From an uncultured Prevotellaceae bacterium (GTDB lineage Bacteria > Bacteroidota > Bacteroidia > Bacteroidales > Bacteroidaceae), in the NCBI GenBank assembly GCA_946410305.1, contig CAMJZV010000017.1, positions 4,477 through 68,476 of the forward strand: a stretch of 64,000 nucleotides of DNA. The letters are read 5' to 3'. Below the pieces are notes generated by a model. The model did no database searches. It saw only the letters and a list, made by a program, of their open reading frames with translations, and had not been told where the DNA came from. Shown here one piece after another: positions 21,227 to 29,903 of the stretch. Every line of letters begins with the position of its first letter. Position 1 is the first letter of the stretch. Made by a program: the position numbers and the translations under genes.

Positions 21227-22210
21227 ATGAAAATATTACGGTGGGGCTTCATCGGATGTGGTGAGGTGACAGAAAAGAAAAGCGGGCCAGCGTTCTCTGA
21301 AATAGAGGGCTCCAGTGTCGTGGCGGTGATGAGTCGTCAGGAGCGGAAGGCACGTAGCTATGCTGAGCGCCACGGCATCCCCAAGTGGTATACCGATGCT
21401 CAGGAACTCATTGACGACCCTGACGTGAATGCGATATACATTGCCACACCGCCCAGCAGCCATGCCACCTTTGCCATTATGGCCATGAAGGCTGGCAAGC
21501 CCGTATATGTTGAGAAACCATTGGCAGCGTCCTACGAGGACTGTGCCCGCATCAACCGCATCAGTGCGGAGACGGGTGTCCCCTGCTTTGTAGCCTACTA
21601 TCGCCGCTATCTGCCTTATTTCCAGAAAGTCAAGGAACTGGTGGATAATGGAACCATCGGTAAGGTCATCAACGTACAGATCCGTTTTGCCGTACCGCCC
21701 CGTGAACTCGACTATACCAAACCAGAAGAATTGCCTTGGCGCTTGCAGCCCGACATTGCGGGAGGTGGCTACTTCTATGATCTGGCTCCCCATCAGCTTG
21801 ATTTGTTGCAGCATATCTTTGGTGTCATCATCGAGGCACGTGGTATCTGTGCCAATCGTGGCAAGCTCTACGAGGCAGAAGACTCGGTGAGTGCCTGCTT
21901 TGAGTTTGAGAGCGGTGTGCCTGGTAGTGGCTCGTGGTGCTTTGTGGGTCATGAGTCGGCTCGCGAGGACTGTATTGAGATTATTGGTGACAAGGGACTG
22001 ATGAGTTTCTCTGTCTTCGACTATAAACCTATCCTGCTGCATACCAGTGAGGGAACCCAAGTGCTGGCAGTACCTAATCCTCCGTATGTGCAGTATCCGC
22101 TTATCAAAAGCGTCTGTGAACATCTGCAGGGCATAGGCATCTGTGAGTGTACCAGTGTGTCGGCTACGCCCGTCAACTGGGTGCTGGACCGTATTTTAGG
22201 AAAGTTTTGA
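21227..22210 (+). CDS. Gfo/Idh/MocA-family oxidoreductase
   Basis: WGFIGCG, IYIATPP, VYVEKPLA, GGGYFYDLAPH. Confidence 0.92.
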   Translation: MKILRWGFIGCGEVTEKKSGPAFSEIEGSSVVAVMSRQERKARSYAERHGIPKWYTDAQELIDDPDVNAIYIATPPSSHATFAIMAMKAGKPVYVEKPLAASYEDCARINRISAETGVPCFVAYYRRYLPYFQKVKELVDNGTIGKVINVQIRFAVPPRELDYTKPEELPWRLQPDIAGGGYFYDLAPHQLDLLQHIFGVIIEARGICANRGKLYEAEDSVSACFEFESGVPGSGSWCFVGHESAREDCIEIIGDKGLMSFSVFDYKPILLHTSEGTQVLAVPNPPYVQYPLIKSVCEHLQGIGICECTSVSATPVNWVLDRILGKF

Positions 22211-22214
22211 GCCA

Positions 22215-23303
22215 ATGAAGAGAGTATTGCTGACGATATTGGCCGTAGTGGCTTTGCAGGCAGTAGCGCAAGACACGTTACAGACAGAACAGCCAGAGAA
22301 GAAGATGAGCTGGCTGCGCCGTACCATCCGTGGCTTCAGCTATATCGACGAGAACTATGTCGAGCCCCAGCACTACAACTGGTCAGTAATGCTTCAGGCT
22401 ACACATACCTACGACTATTATCGCTTGAGTAAGAGTGGTTCTGACGGACAGTCGGTATGGCTGTCACCTGAGCCCAACTTTAAAGTAGGTCCCTATTTCG
22501 GTTGGCGTTGGGTGTTTGCTGGTTATACCTTTGATCTGAAACATGTTGATGTGAACATCAAGGACTTGAAACAGGAGATAGACCTCAGCATTTATAGTGC
22601 ACAGATTGGTGCCGACATCTACTATCGACGGACGGGCGTTGACTATAAGATACGTCGTATTAATCTGGGCGAGAAAGTCAACACAAGTGTGATGGAAGGT
22701 GTGCCTTTCGATGGAATCAGTGTGGGTATTACTGGTGTCAACCTCTACTATATCTTCAACCACCAACGTTTCTCTTATCCTGCTGCCTTTGCACAGAGCA
22801 CCATACAGAAAATCAGTTGTGGCTCGTGGATGGTTGGCGTGACCTATACTCGCAACAGCATAGAATTTGACCATGAGAAGTTGCAGGCTACAATTGACGA
22901 GCATATGGGGGCGCAAGCTGTTAAATTGGACAGCGGACTGATGTTCAACAGTGTGAAGTACTATAACTACAGTGCCTCGGTAGGCTATGCCTATAACTGG
23001 GTGTTTGCCAAGAACTGTCTGTTCTGTTCCTCCCTCTCGCTGGCATTGGCCTACAAGCGTACACATGGTGAGTCGCGTAGCAGCAAGGACTTGTTGAGTA
23101 TTGATAACTTTAATATTGACGGCATCGGACGCTTTGGCTTGGTGTATAACAATATGCGCTGGTATGCTGGAGCTTCTGTCATTGTGCGTTCCTACAACTA
23201 TCATAAGGCACAGTTTGCTGCCAACAACATCTTTGGTAGCCTGAACTTGTATGTGGGTTACAACTTTGGGGCGCGAGGACCGTATAAAAAGAAGAAAGAA
23301 TGA
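22215..23303 (+). CDS. DUF4421-like outer-membrane beta-barrel protein
   Basis: Signal peptide; VGPYFGWRW, YYIFNHQRFSYPAAFAQS. Confidence 0.7.
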   Translation: MKRVLLTILAVVALQAVAQDTLQTEQPEKKMSWLRRTIRGFSYIDENYVEPQHYNWSVMLQATHTYDYYRLSKSGSDGQSVWLSPEPNFKVGPYFGWRWVFAGYTFDLKHVDVNIKDLKQEIDLSIYSAQIGADIYYRRTGVDYKIRRINLGEKVNTSVMEGVPFDGISVGITGVNLYYIFNHQRFSYPAAFAQSTIQKISCGSWMVGVTYTRNSIEFDHEKLQATIDEHMGAQAVKLDSGLMFNSVKYYNYSASVGYAYNWVFAKNCLFCSSLSLALAYKRTHGESRSSKDLLSIDNFNIDGIGRFGLVYNNMRWYAGASVIVRSYNYHKAQFAANNIFGSLNLYVGYNFGARGPYKKKKE

Positions 23304-24142
23304 GACGCCGATTATTATACTTCCTGTTATTGTTGCCGACAGTATGGGTGGAGGCACAGGTGACCTATCAGCAGGCTGATAGTGTGACCATCTGCCGCCT
23401 GTTGTCTAAGGCCGATACCAAGACATCGACGCTGTGGTTTGCCCGTCAGTTTCTGGGGATACCCTATGTGGCACATACCTTGGAAGTCAACGACAACGAG
23501 CAACTGGTGGTGAATACACGAGAGCTCGACTGCACCACACTGGTGGAAACGGTAACGGCGCTGGCACTCTGTGCACAGCAGGATAAGCGAACATGGAACG
23601 ACTATCTCTCGACGCTACGTACGCTGAGATATCGACAAGGGCTGATGACTGACTACACCTCACGACTGCATTATTTCTCCGACTGGATTGCTGACAAGCA
23701 GGCCATGAAGATAGTCAAGGAGATACAGTCGCCTAATCCGCCCTTTACGGCTGTCCAGCGGGTCAACGTGAACTATATGAGTACACACCCTACAGCCTAT
23801 AAGGCGTTGAAGGCACAGCCTAAACTGGTGCCTGTCATCCGTCAGCAGGAGCAACAGCTTACTGGTACCAAGGCCCGCTATATTCCCAAGAGTGCGCTAC
23901 GTCGCAGTACCAAGGCTCTACGTCAGGCTGTTCACGATGGTGATATCATTGCCATCACCTGTAACAAGAAAGGTCTGGACATCGCCCACCTGGGGTTTGC
24001 CGTATGGAAGAAAGATGGTCTGCATCTGCTTAATGCGTCGATGATACACAAGAAGGTCGTCGAAGAACCCATGACCTTCTACCAGTATCTGCAGAAACAT
24101 CCCTCGCATACGGGCATCAGAGTGATAAGAATCAATAAGTAA
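23300..24142 (+). CDS. DUF1460 N-acetylmuramoyl-L-alanine amidase-like (NlpC/P60 fold)
   Basis: FLGIPYVAHTLE, LDCTTLVE, RLHYFSDW, GLDIAHLG. Confidence 0.85.
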   Translation: MRRRLLYFLLLLPTVWVEAQVTYQQADSVTICRLLSKADTKTSTLWFARQFLGIPYVAHTLEVNDNEQLVVNTRELDCTTLVETVTALALCAQQDKRTWNDYLSTLRTLRYRQGLMTDYTSRLHYFSDWIADKQAMKIVKEIQSPNPPFTAVQRVNVNYMSTHPTAYKALKAQPKLVPVIRQQEQQLTGTKARYIPKSALRRSTKALRQAVHDGDIIAITCNKKGLDIAHLGFAVWKKDGLHLLNASMIHKKVVEEPMTFYQYLQKHPSHTGIRVIRINK

Positions 24143-24163
24143 ATAGTCAAAAGTAAATTAGAT

Positions 24164-24556
24164 ATGGAATTACCTGATTTTATGAAGTATGCCAACAAGT
24201 TCTCACAGTCGGACTTCGTTGACAAGATTGCTAAAATCGCCAAGCGTGCAGGATCTAAATTGGTCTATGCAGCCTTAATCTTGTACTATACCCTGCAGAG
24301 CGATAAGGTGAGCACTGCCAACAAGGCCATGATTATTGGTGCCTTGGGTTATATGATTAGTCCGTTGGATGTCATCCCCGATGCTATTCCCATTGCAGGA
24401 CTGACTGACGACCTCGCCGTGTTGCTTTTTGTGCTGAAGAAGGTATGGACAGATGTGGACCCAGAGATTCAGCAGAAGGCCAAGGACCGTCTGAGCAAGT
24501 GGTTTGATGAAGACGAGATTGCCGAAATTTCTGACCTCTTCAAAAACGAAGAATGA
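24164..24556 (+). CDS. YkvA/DUF1232 family protein
   Basis: GALGYMISPLDVIPDAIPIAGLTDD. Confidence 0.9.
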   Translation: MELPDFMKYANKFSQSDFVDKIAKIAKRAGSKLVYAALILYYTLQSDKVSTANKAMIIGALGYMISPLDVIPDAIPIAGLTDDLAVLLFVLKKVWTDVDPEIQQKAKDRLSKWFDEDEIAEISDLFKNEE

Positions 24557-26106
24557 TCAACGAGTATCAAGTGAGGGTACAACCCCAGGTGGCAGCTAAT
24601 GAACAGCTGCTACGCTCGTGGTTGGCTGACGAGTATGGCTTTGACGTACGGACGATTACGGCTGTGCGTATTCTCCGTCGTAGCATCGATGCCCGCCAGC
24701 GTACTATCTTTGTCAACCTGAAGGTGCGGGTGTTTATCAACGAGCAGCCCACAGACGATGAGTACCAGCATACGGACTATCCTGACGTCAGTGAGCGTCC
24801 GCAAGTCATTGTCGTAGGTGCTGGCCCTGGTGGCTTGTTTGCTGCCTTGCGACTCATTGAGCTTGGTCTGCGCCCCATCGTCTTAGAGCGTGGCAAGGAT
24901 GTCCATGAACGTAAGAAAGACCTGGCACAAATTGCCAAGACGCAGAAGGTAGATGCCGAGAGCAACTACTGCTTTGGCGAGGGTGGCGCAGGTGCCTATT
25001 CAGATGGCAAACTGTATACTCGTTCCAAGAAGCGTGGCTCTATAGAGAAGATTCTCAACGTGTTCTGTCAGCATGGTGCCTCGACGAATATCCTGGCTGA
25101 TGCCCATCCGCATATTGGTACTGACAAGCTGCCGCGCGTCATTGAGAATATGCGTAACACCATTATCCGTTGTGGTGGCGAGGTGCATTTCCAGACGAAG
25201 ATGACCCAGTTGCTGTTGGAAGACAATCGTGTGGTCGGCTGTTTCGCAGCCGACAAAGAATTCCGCGGTCCTGTCATCCTTGCCACAGGCCATTCTGCCC
25301 GTGACATCTACCGCTATCTGGCTGACAGCAAGATAGAAATCGAGGCGAAGGGTATTGCCGTAGGTGTCCGCTTGGAACATCCGTCGATGCTTATCGATCA
25401 AATACAGTACCATAACAAACAGGGTAGGGGCAAGTACCTGCCTGCTGCTGAGTATTCGTTTGTCACACAGGTCGATGGTCGTGGCGTCTACTCGTTCTGC
25501 ATGTGTCCTGGTGGCTTTGTCATTCCTGCTGCTACTGACAAGGAACAGATTGTGGTCAATGGTATGAGTCCATCGAATCGTGGTGGACAGTGGTCGAACA
25601 GTGGTATGGTGGTTGAGACGCGTGCAGAGGATATCGAAGGCGACGACCCCTTGCGTGTGATGCACTTCCAGGAGCAGTTGGAACGCGACTGTTGGCAACA
25701 GGGCAATATGCGACAGACGGCACCAGCCCAGCGTATGGCCGACTTCGTCAATAAGCGACTGAGCTACGACCTGCCCAGAAGTTCCTATGCGCCAGGACTG
25801 ATATCGTCACCCCTGCATTTCTGGATGCCACAAAGCATCAGCCATCGTTTGCAGGAAGGCTTTAAGGCCTTTGGTCGCCAGTGTCATGGCTTCCTCACCA
25901 ATGAAGCGTTGATGATTGGTGTGGAGACGCGTACCAGCAGTCCTGTGCGTATCGTCCGTGATGGTGATACGCTGATGCATGTTCGTCTGCAAGGGCTCTT
26001 CCCTTGTGGCGAGGGTGCCGGCTATGCTGGTGGCATCGTTTCGGCAGGTGTCGATGGAGAACGCTGCGCAGAGATGTGTGCGCAGTACTTACAACAGACT
26101 GTTTAA
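24553..26106 (+). CDS. NAD(P)/FAD-dependent oxidoreductase
   Basis: VVGAGPGG, FGEGGAGAYSDGKL, SFCMCPGG, ETRTSSPVRI, GEGAGYAGGI. Confidence 0.9.
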   Translation: MINEYQVRVQPQVAANEQLLRSWLADEYGFDVRTITAVRILRRSIDARQRTIFVNLKVRVFINEQPTDDEYQHTDYPDVSERPQVIVVGAGPGGLFAALRLIELGLRPIVLERGKDVHERKKDLAQIAKTQKVDAESNYCFGEGGAGAYSDGKLYTRSKKRGSIEKILNVFCQHGASTNILADAHPHIGTDKLPRVIENMRNTIIRCGGEVHFQTKMTQLLLEDNRVVGCFAADKEFRGPVILATGHSARDIYRYLADSKIEIEAKGIAVGVRLEHPSMLIDQIQYHNKQGRGKYLPAAEYSFVTQVDGRGVYSFCMCPGGFVIPAATDKEQIVVNGMSPSNRGGQWSNSGMVVETRAEDIEGDDPLRVMHFQEQLERDCWQQGNMRQTAPAQRMADFVNKRLSYDLPRSSYAPGLISSPLHFWMPQSISHRLQEGFKAFGRQCHGFLTNEALMIGVETRTSSPVRIVRDGDTLMHVRLQGLFPCGEGAGYAGGIVSAGVDGERCAEMCAQYLQQTV

Positions 26107-26667
26107 TCGATTGCGAAGCTGTTCAGCTTCGCTTTTTCTTATCGATAACACAATCTCGCAGGTGTTATCGTAGGTCTGACTGATGATGCGTGGGTTCATA
26201 TCCTTGACGATGCGCATCACATCGTTCATCTGTGGATAGGCAAACGAGTACTTCACAATCTCCTCCACCTGTCGCGTCTCGATGGTGGCGTGGGCAATGG
26301 CGTCAGCGGCAGCCTCACGGTAGGCCACGATAAGACCGCTGGTGCCAAGGTTGACACCACCATAGTAACGTACCACGACGATGAGGATGTCCGTCAGTTC
26401 GTTGCTGTTAATCTGTCCGAGGATGGGCTTACCAGCTGTGCTACTGGGCTCACCATCGTCGTTGGCACGGAACTCCGTACGCTCGGCGCCCAGCATATAG
26501 GCATAGCAGACGTGGCGTGCATCGTAGTATTTCTTACGGTACCCTGCCACGATGTCCTTCACCTCGTCAACAGTGCTGACGGGATGGGCAAAAGCGAGGA
26601 ACTTACTCCGTTTCTCGGTGTAATATCCCTCGCTTGTCTCTTTGATCGTTTTATATTCGTCAGTCAT
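26089..26667 (-). CDS. yigZ: YigZ/IMPACT family protein
   Basis: EKRSKFLA, DARHVCYAY, DDGEPSSTAGKPIL, VVRYYGG; start moved to MTDEY at 26667. Confidence 0.9.
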   Translation of the reverse strand: MTDEYKTIKETSEGYYTEKRSKFLAFAHPVSTVDEVKDIVAGYRKKYYDARHVCYAYMLGAERTEFRANDDGEPSSTAGKPILGQINSNELTDILIVVVRYYGGVNLGTSGLIVAYREAAADAIAHATIETRQVEEIVKYSFAYPQMNDVMRIVKDMNPRIISQTYDNTCEIVLSIRKSEAEQLRNRLNSLL

Positions 26668-26701
26668 TCTTTCGAAATTTCGATGTGTCGAAATATCGAT
26701 A

Positions 26702-27949
26702 TTACGACAGTTTGTGGATGACCAAGCCTGAGCGCAGCTTCGGCTCAAACCAGGTAGCCTTAGGAGGCATGATCTTGCCGCTGTCGGCAATATCCATAAT
26801 CTGCTGCATGGTGACAGGGTAGAGGGCCAGTGCGGCACGCATCTCACCATTGTCTACACGACGCTTCAGCTCGCCCAGACCACGCAGTCCACCCACGAAG
26901 TCGATACGCTTTGAAGAGCGCAGGTCGCCAATGTTCAGTATCTCGTCAAGAATCAGACGGCTGGAGATGTCGACGTCCAGCACACCGATAGGATCGGTAT
27001 TGTCGTAGGTGCCTTCCTTAGCCTTCAGGCTGTACCAGTGCTCGTCCAGATAGAGTGAGAACTCATGCAACTGCTGAGGCTTGTAAATATCGGTACCCTT
27101 GTCTTCTACAGTGAAGTTCTTGCCGAGTGCGGCGAGGAATTCTTCTGAGCTCAGTCCATTCAGGTCCTTTACTACGCGGTTGTAGTCGAGGATGGTCAGC
27201 TGTGAAGCTTGGAAGCAGACAGCCATGAAGTAGTTATATTCTTCGTCACCCTTGTGGTTGGGGTTCTGCTTCTGTTTCTCTGCACCAACGAGGGCTGCAG
27301 CTGCTGAGCGGTGGTGACCATCGGCAATATACAGTGATGGCATCTTGGCAAACTCAGCGGTGATGGTCTCGGTATCCTTGTCGTCATCGATAATCCAGAA
27401 CTGATGACGGAAACCATCGATGGGGGCAATGAAGTCGTACTCAGGCTCAGTGGCTGCATAGCGCATGATGAGCTCGTTGAGGATGGCATTGTCAGGATAG
27501 GCAAAGAATACTGGCTCGATGTTGGCATTGTTCACGCGGACATGCTTCATGCGGTCTTCCTCCTTGTCGCGACGTGTCAACTCGTGCTTCTTGATGTTGC
27601 CCTTCATGTAGTCGTCGGTATGTGCGCAGACTACCAGACCATACTGCGTCTTGCCGTTCATGGTCTGAGCATATATATAATAATGTTCGCGCGCGTCCTG
27701 CACCAACCAGCCATTGTCCTGGAACTTCTGGAAGTTCTCGGCAGCCTTCTCGTAGACACGAGGGTCGTATTCTGAGGTACCTACAGGGAAGTCAATCTCC
27801 GGTTTGATAATGTGATATAAACTCAGGGCGTTGTCGCCAGCCTCGGCGCGAGCCTCTTCTGAGTCGAGTACGTCGTAAGGACGGCTCTCTACCTTTTCTA
27901 CAAGTTCTTTCGGTGGGCGAATGCCCTTGAATGGTTTAACGATTGCCAT
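26702..27949 (-). CDS. DUF1015 family protein
   Basis: PYDV, IKKHELTR, YIADGHHR, MPPKATWFEPKLRSG. Confidence 0.9.
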   Translation of the reverse strand: MAIVKPFKGIRPPKELVEKVESRPYDVLDSEEARAEAGDNALSLYHIIKPEIDFPVGTSEYDPRVYEKAAENFQKFQDNGWLVQDAREHYYIYAQTMNGKTQYGLVVCAHTDDYMKGNIKKHELTRRDKEEDRMKHVRVNNANIEPVFFAYPDNAILNELIMRYAATEPEYDFIAPIDGFRHQFWIIDDDKDTETITAEFAKMPSLYIADGHHRSAAAALVGAEKQKQNPNHKGDEEYNYFMAVCFQASQLTILDYNRVVKDLNGLSSEEFLAALGKNFTVEDKGTDIYKPQQLHEFSLYLDEHWYSLKAKEGTYDNTDPIGVLDVDISSRLILDEILNIGDLRSSKRIDFVGGLRGLGELKRRVDNGEMRAALALYPVTMQQIMDIADSGKIMPPKATWFEPKLRSGLVIHKLS

Positions 27950-27970
27950 GATAAATATGATAGTTATTGT

Positions 27971-29434
27971 TTATTTCTTACGGACGGGGTCGCAGGTCAG
28001 TCCGCAACCCAGCTTCTTGAAGATTTTGCGGTCTACCTCAGAGAGCATCACCGTTGAGTGTACCTGACAGCCACGCAACTTGGGTAGTTGTTCTAGGGCA
28101 AGACGACACTGCTCGTCGTCCTTCGACAGCACGCTGAGGGCTACCAACACTTCGTCAGTGTGCAGACGGGGATTCTTGCCACCCAAGTATTCTATCTTGG
28201 TCTTCTGTACGGGCTCTATCAGACTCTGTGGAATCAGCTTGGCTTCGTGGTCGATACCAGCCAAGTGCTTGGTGGCGTTGAGCAGTAGGGCTGCCGAACA
28301 GCCGAGTAGGGGAGAACTCTTGGCAGTGATAATGGTGCCATCCTCTAACTCCATAGCGGCTGCTGTCTGTTCTGTCAATTCCTGCTTGGCCTGTGCAGCC
28401 ACAGTGACACGACGATAGGCTGTGGTGATCTTTGCCTGGTTGAACAGCATCAGAATCTTGTTGACTTCGCGCTCGTTGTCCAGTCCGTCAGCCATCTTGT
28501 TGGTGGCTGAGTAGTAGCGACGGATAATCTCGTCACGGCTGGCATTGCAGCATACCTCATCGTCGGAGATGCAGAAGCCCACCATGTTAACACCCATATC
28601 CGTGGGTGACTTATAGGGATTTTCACCATAGATGCCCTCGAAAAGCGCATTCAGCACGGGGAATATCTCGATGTCGCGGTTGTAGTTGATAGCTATCTTG
28701 TCGTAAGCCTCCAAGTGGAACGGGTCAATCATGTTGACATCGTTCAGGTCGGCTGTGGCAGCCTCGTAGGCGATGTTGACAGGATGCTTCAGTGGCAGGT
28801 TCCATACGGGGAAGGTCTCGAACTTGGCGTAACCTGCACGGATGCCACGCTTGTTCTCGTTATAGAGCTGGCTGAGGCAGACGGCCATCTTACCTGAGCC
28901 AGGACCAGGAGCCGTTATGATGACCAATTCGCGGCTGGTCTCTACATAGTCGTTCTTTCCGAAACCATCGTCCGAGGCTATCAGTTCTACGTTGTGGGGA
29001 TAGCCATCAATGAGATAGTGTACGTACGACTTGATGCCCAGGCGCTCCAGACGCTTACGGAACTGGTCGGCAGCCTGCTGGCCATTGTAGTGGGTAATCA
29101 CCACTGAGCCTACCATGAAGTCGCGACTCATGAACTCCTCACGCAGTCGCAGCACGTCCTCATCGTAGGTGATGCCCAGGTCAGCACGTACCTTGTTTTT
29201 CTCTATATCTTCAGCACTGACAACGATGACTATCTCCAACTGGTCTCTCAACTGTGCAAACATGCGTAACTTTGAGTCGGGCTTGAAGCCTGGGAGTACG
29301 CGACTGGCGTGGTGGTCGTCAAAAAGTTTGCCGCCTAATTCCAGATAAAGTTTGCCGTCAAACTGTGCAATACGCTCTCGTATGTGCTCTGACTGTATCC
29401 TGAGATACTTCTCGTTGTCAAAACCAATCTTCAT
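27971..29434 (-). CDS. DUF1846 family protein
   Basis: MKIGFDNEKY, LYLELGGKLFDD, APGPGSGK, YAKFETFP. Confidence 0.9.
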   Translation of the reverse strand: MKIGFDNEKYLRIQSEHIRERIAQFDGKLYLELGGKLFDDHHASRVLPGFKPDSKLRMFAQLRDQLEIVIVVSAEDIEKNKVRADLGITYDEDVLRLREEFMSRDFMVGSVVITHYNGQQAADQFRKRLERLGIKSYVHYLIDGYPHNVELIASDDGFGKNDYVETSRELVIITAPGPGSGKMAVCLSQLYNENKRGIRAGYAKFETFPVWNLPLKHPVNIAYEAATADLNDVNMIDPFHLEAYDKIAINYNRDIEIFPVLNALFEGIYGENPYKSPTDMGVNMVGFCISDDEVCCNASRDEIIRRYYSATNKMADGLDNEREVNKILMLFNQAKITTAYRRVTVAAQAKQELTEQTAAAMELEDGTIITAKSSPLLGCSAALLLNATKHLAGIDHEAKLIPQSLIEPVQKTKIEYLGGKNPRLHTDEVLVALSVLSKDDEQCRLALEQLPKLRGCQVHSTVMLSEVDRKIFKKLGCGLTCDPVRKK

Positions 29435-29440
29435 AAATAT

Positions 29441-29491
29441 AAATTAAAGATGAAAGATGAAAAATTAAAAATTAATATGTGAAGATGAGAA
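29441..29491. repeat. Heptamer array, downstream arm of the four-helix-bundle cassette
   Basis: AAATTAA AGATGAA AGATGAA AAATTAA AAATTAA TATGTGA AGATGAG. Confidence 0.85.
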
Positions 29492-29494
29492 CAT

Positions 29495-29851
29495 TTAAGA
29501 TTTTGCTGATTTGATAATTTTCACCAATGTTCCTATGATGTTCTTGTTATCTTCAAGCATAGATTCAAATTCTTTATCGTTTATATACTCTGAGGCATGT
29601 AGAATCCTAAGCCAATATTTGGTTTCGTTAGCTTCTTTCAAAGCTATGTGCATCTTTGTGATGAAGTCTTTTTTGCTTTGTGCATAGACGCTTTCAGTGA
29701 TATTAGCACCAATACTGGTACCACTTCTTAATATCTGTGTAGGGATGACAGGGTTAACCTTGTTGTCAGTAAGGTATTGGAAAAGCTTAACGATTCTGAC
29801 ACCAAATGTAAAGCTGATATCTAGAATCTTATTGTATCGCTCTTCTTCCAT
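29495..29851 (-). CDS. Four helix bundle protein (TIGR02436 / 23S_rRNA_IVP-like)
   Basis: SFTFGVRIVKL...QILRSGTSIGANITES..AQSKKDFITKMHIALKEANETKYWLRIL; visibly more AT-rich than its neighbours. Confidence 0.92.
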   Translation of the reverse strand: MEEERYNKILDISFTFGVRIVKLFQYLTDNKVNPVIPTQILRSGTSIGANITESVYAQSKKDFITKMHIALKEANETKYWLRILHASEYINDKEFESMLEDNKNIIGTLVKIIKSAKS

Positions 29852-29903
29852 TTCCCAATTCTCCCATTTTAATATTTCATTTTTAATCTTTCATTTTTCA
29901 TTT
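29852..29903. repeat. Heptamer array, upstream arm (inverted), supplying the yidC stop codon
   Basis: Minus strand AAATGAA AAATGAA AGATTAA AAATGAA ATATTAA AATGGGA GAA. Confidence 0.85.

Noticed and set aside
26089-26106. Short gene overlaps (oxidoreductase/yigZ 18 bp; dcp/dCMP deaminase 29 bp)
   Set aside because: Ordinary compact-genome overlaps with no further signal
29495-29851. Diversity-generating retroelement (Avd-like gene)
   Set aside because: No reverse transcriptase and no TR/VR pair with adenine-specific mismatches seen in the window
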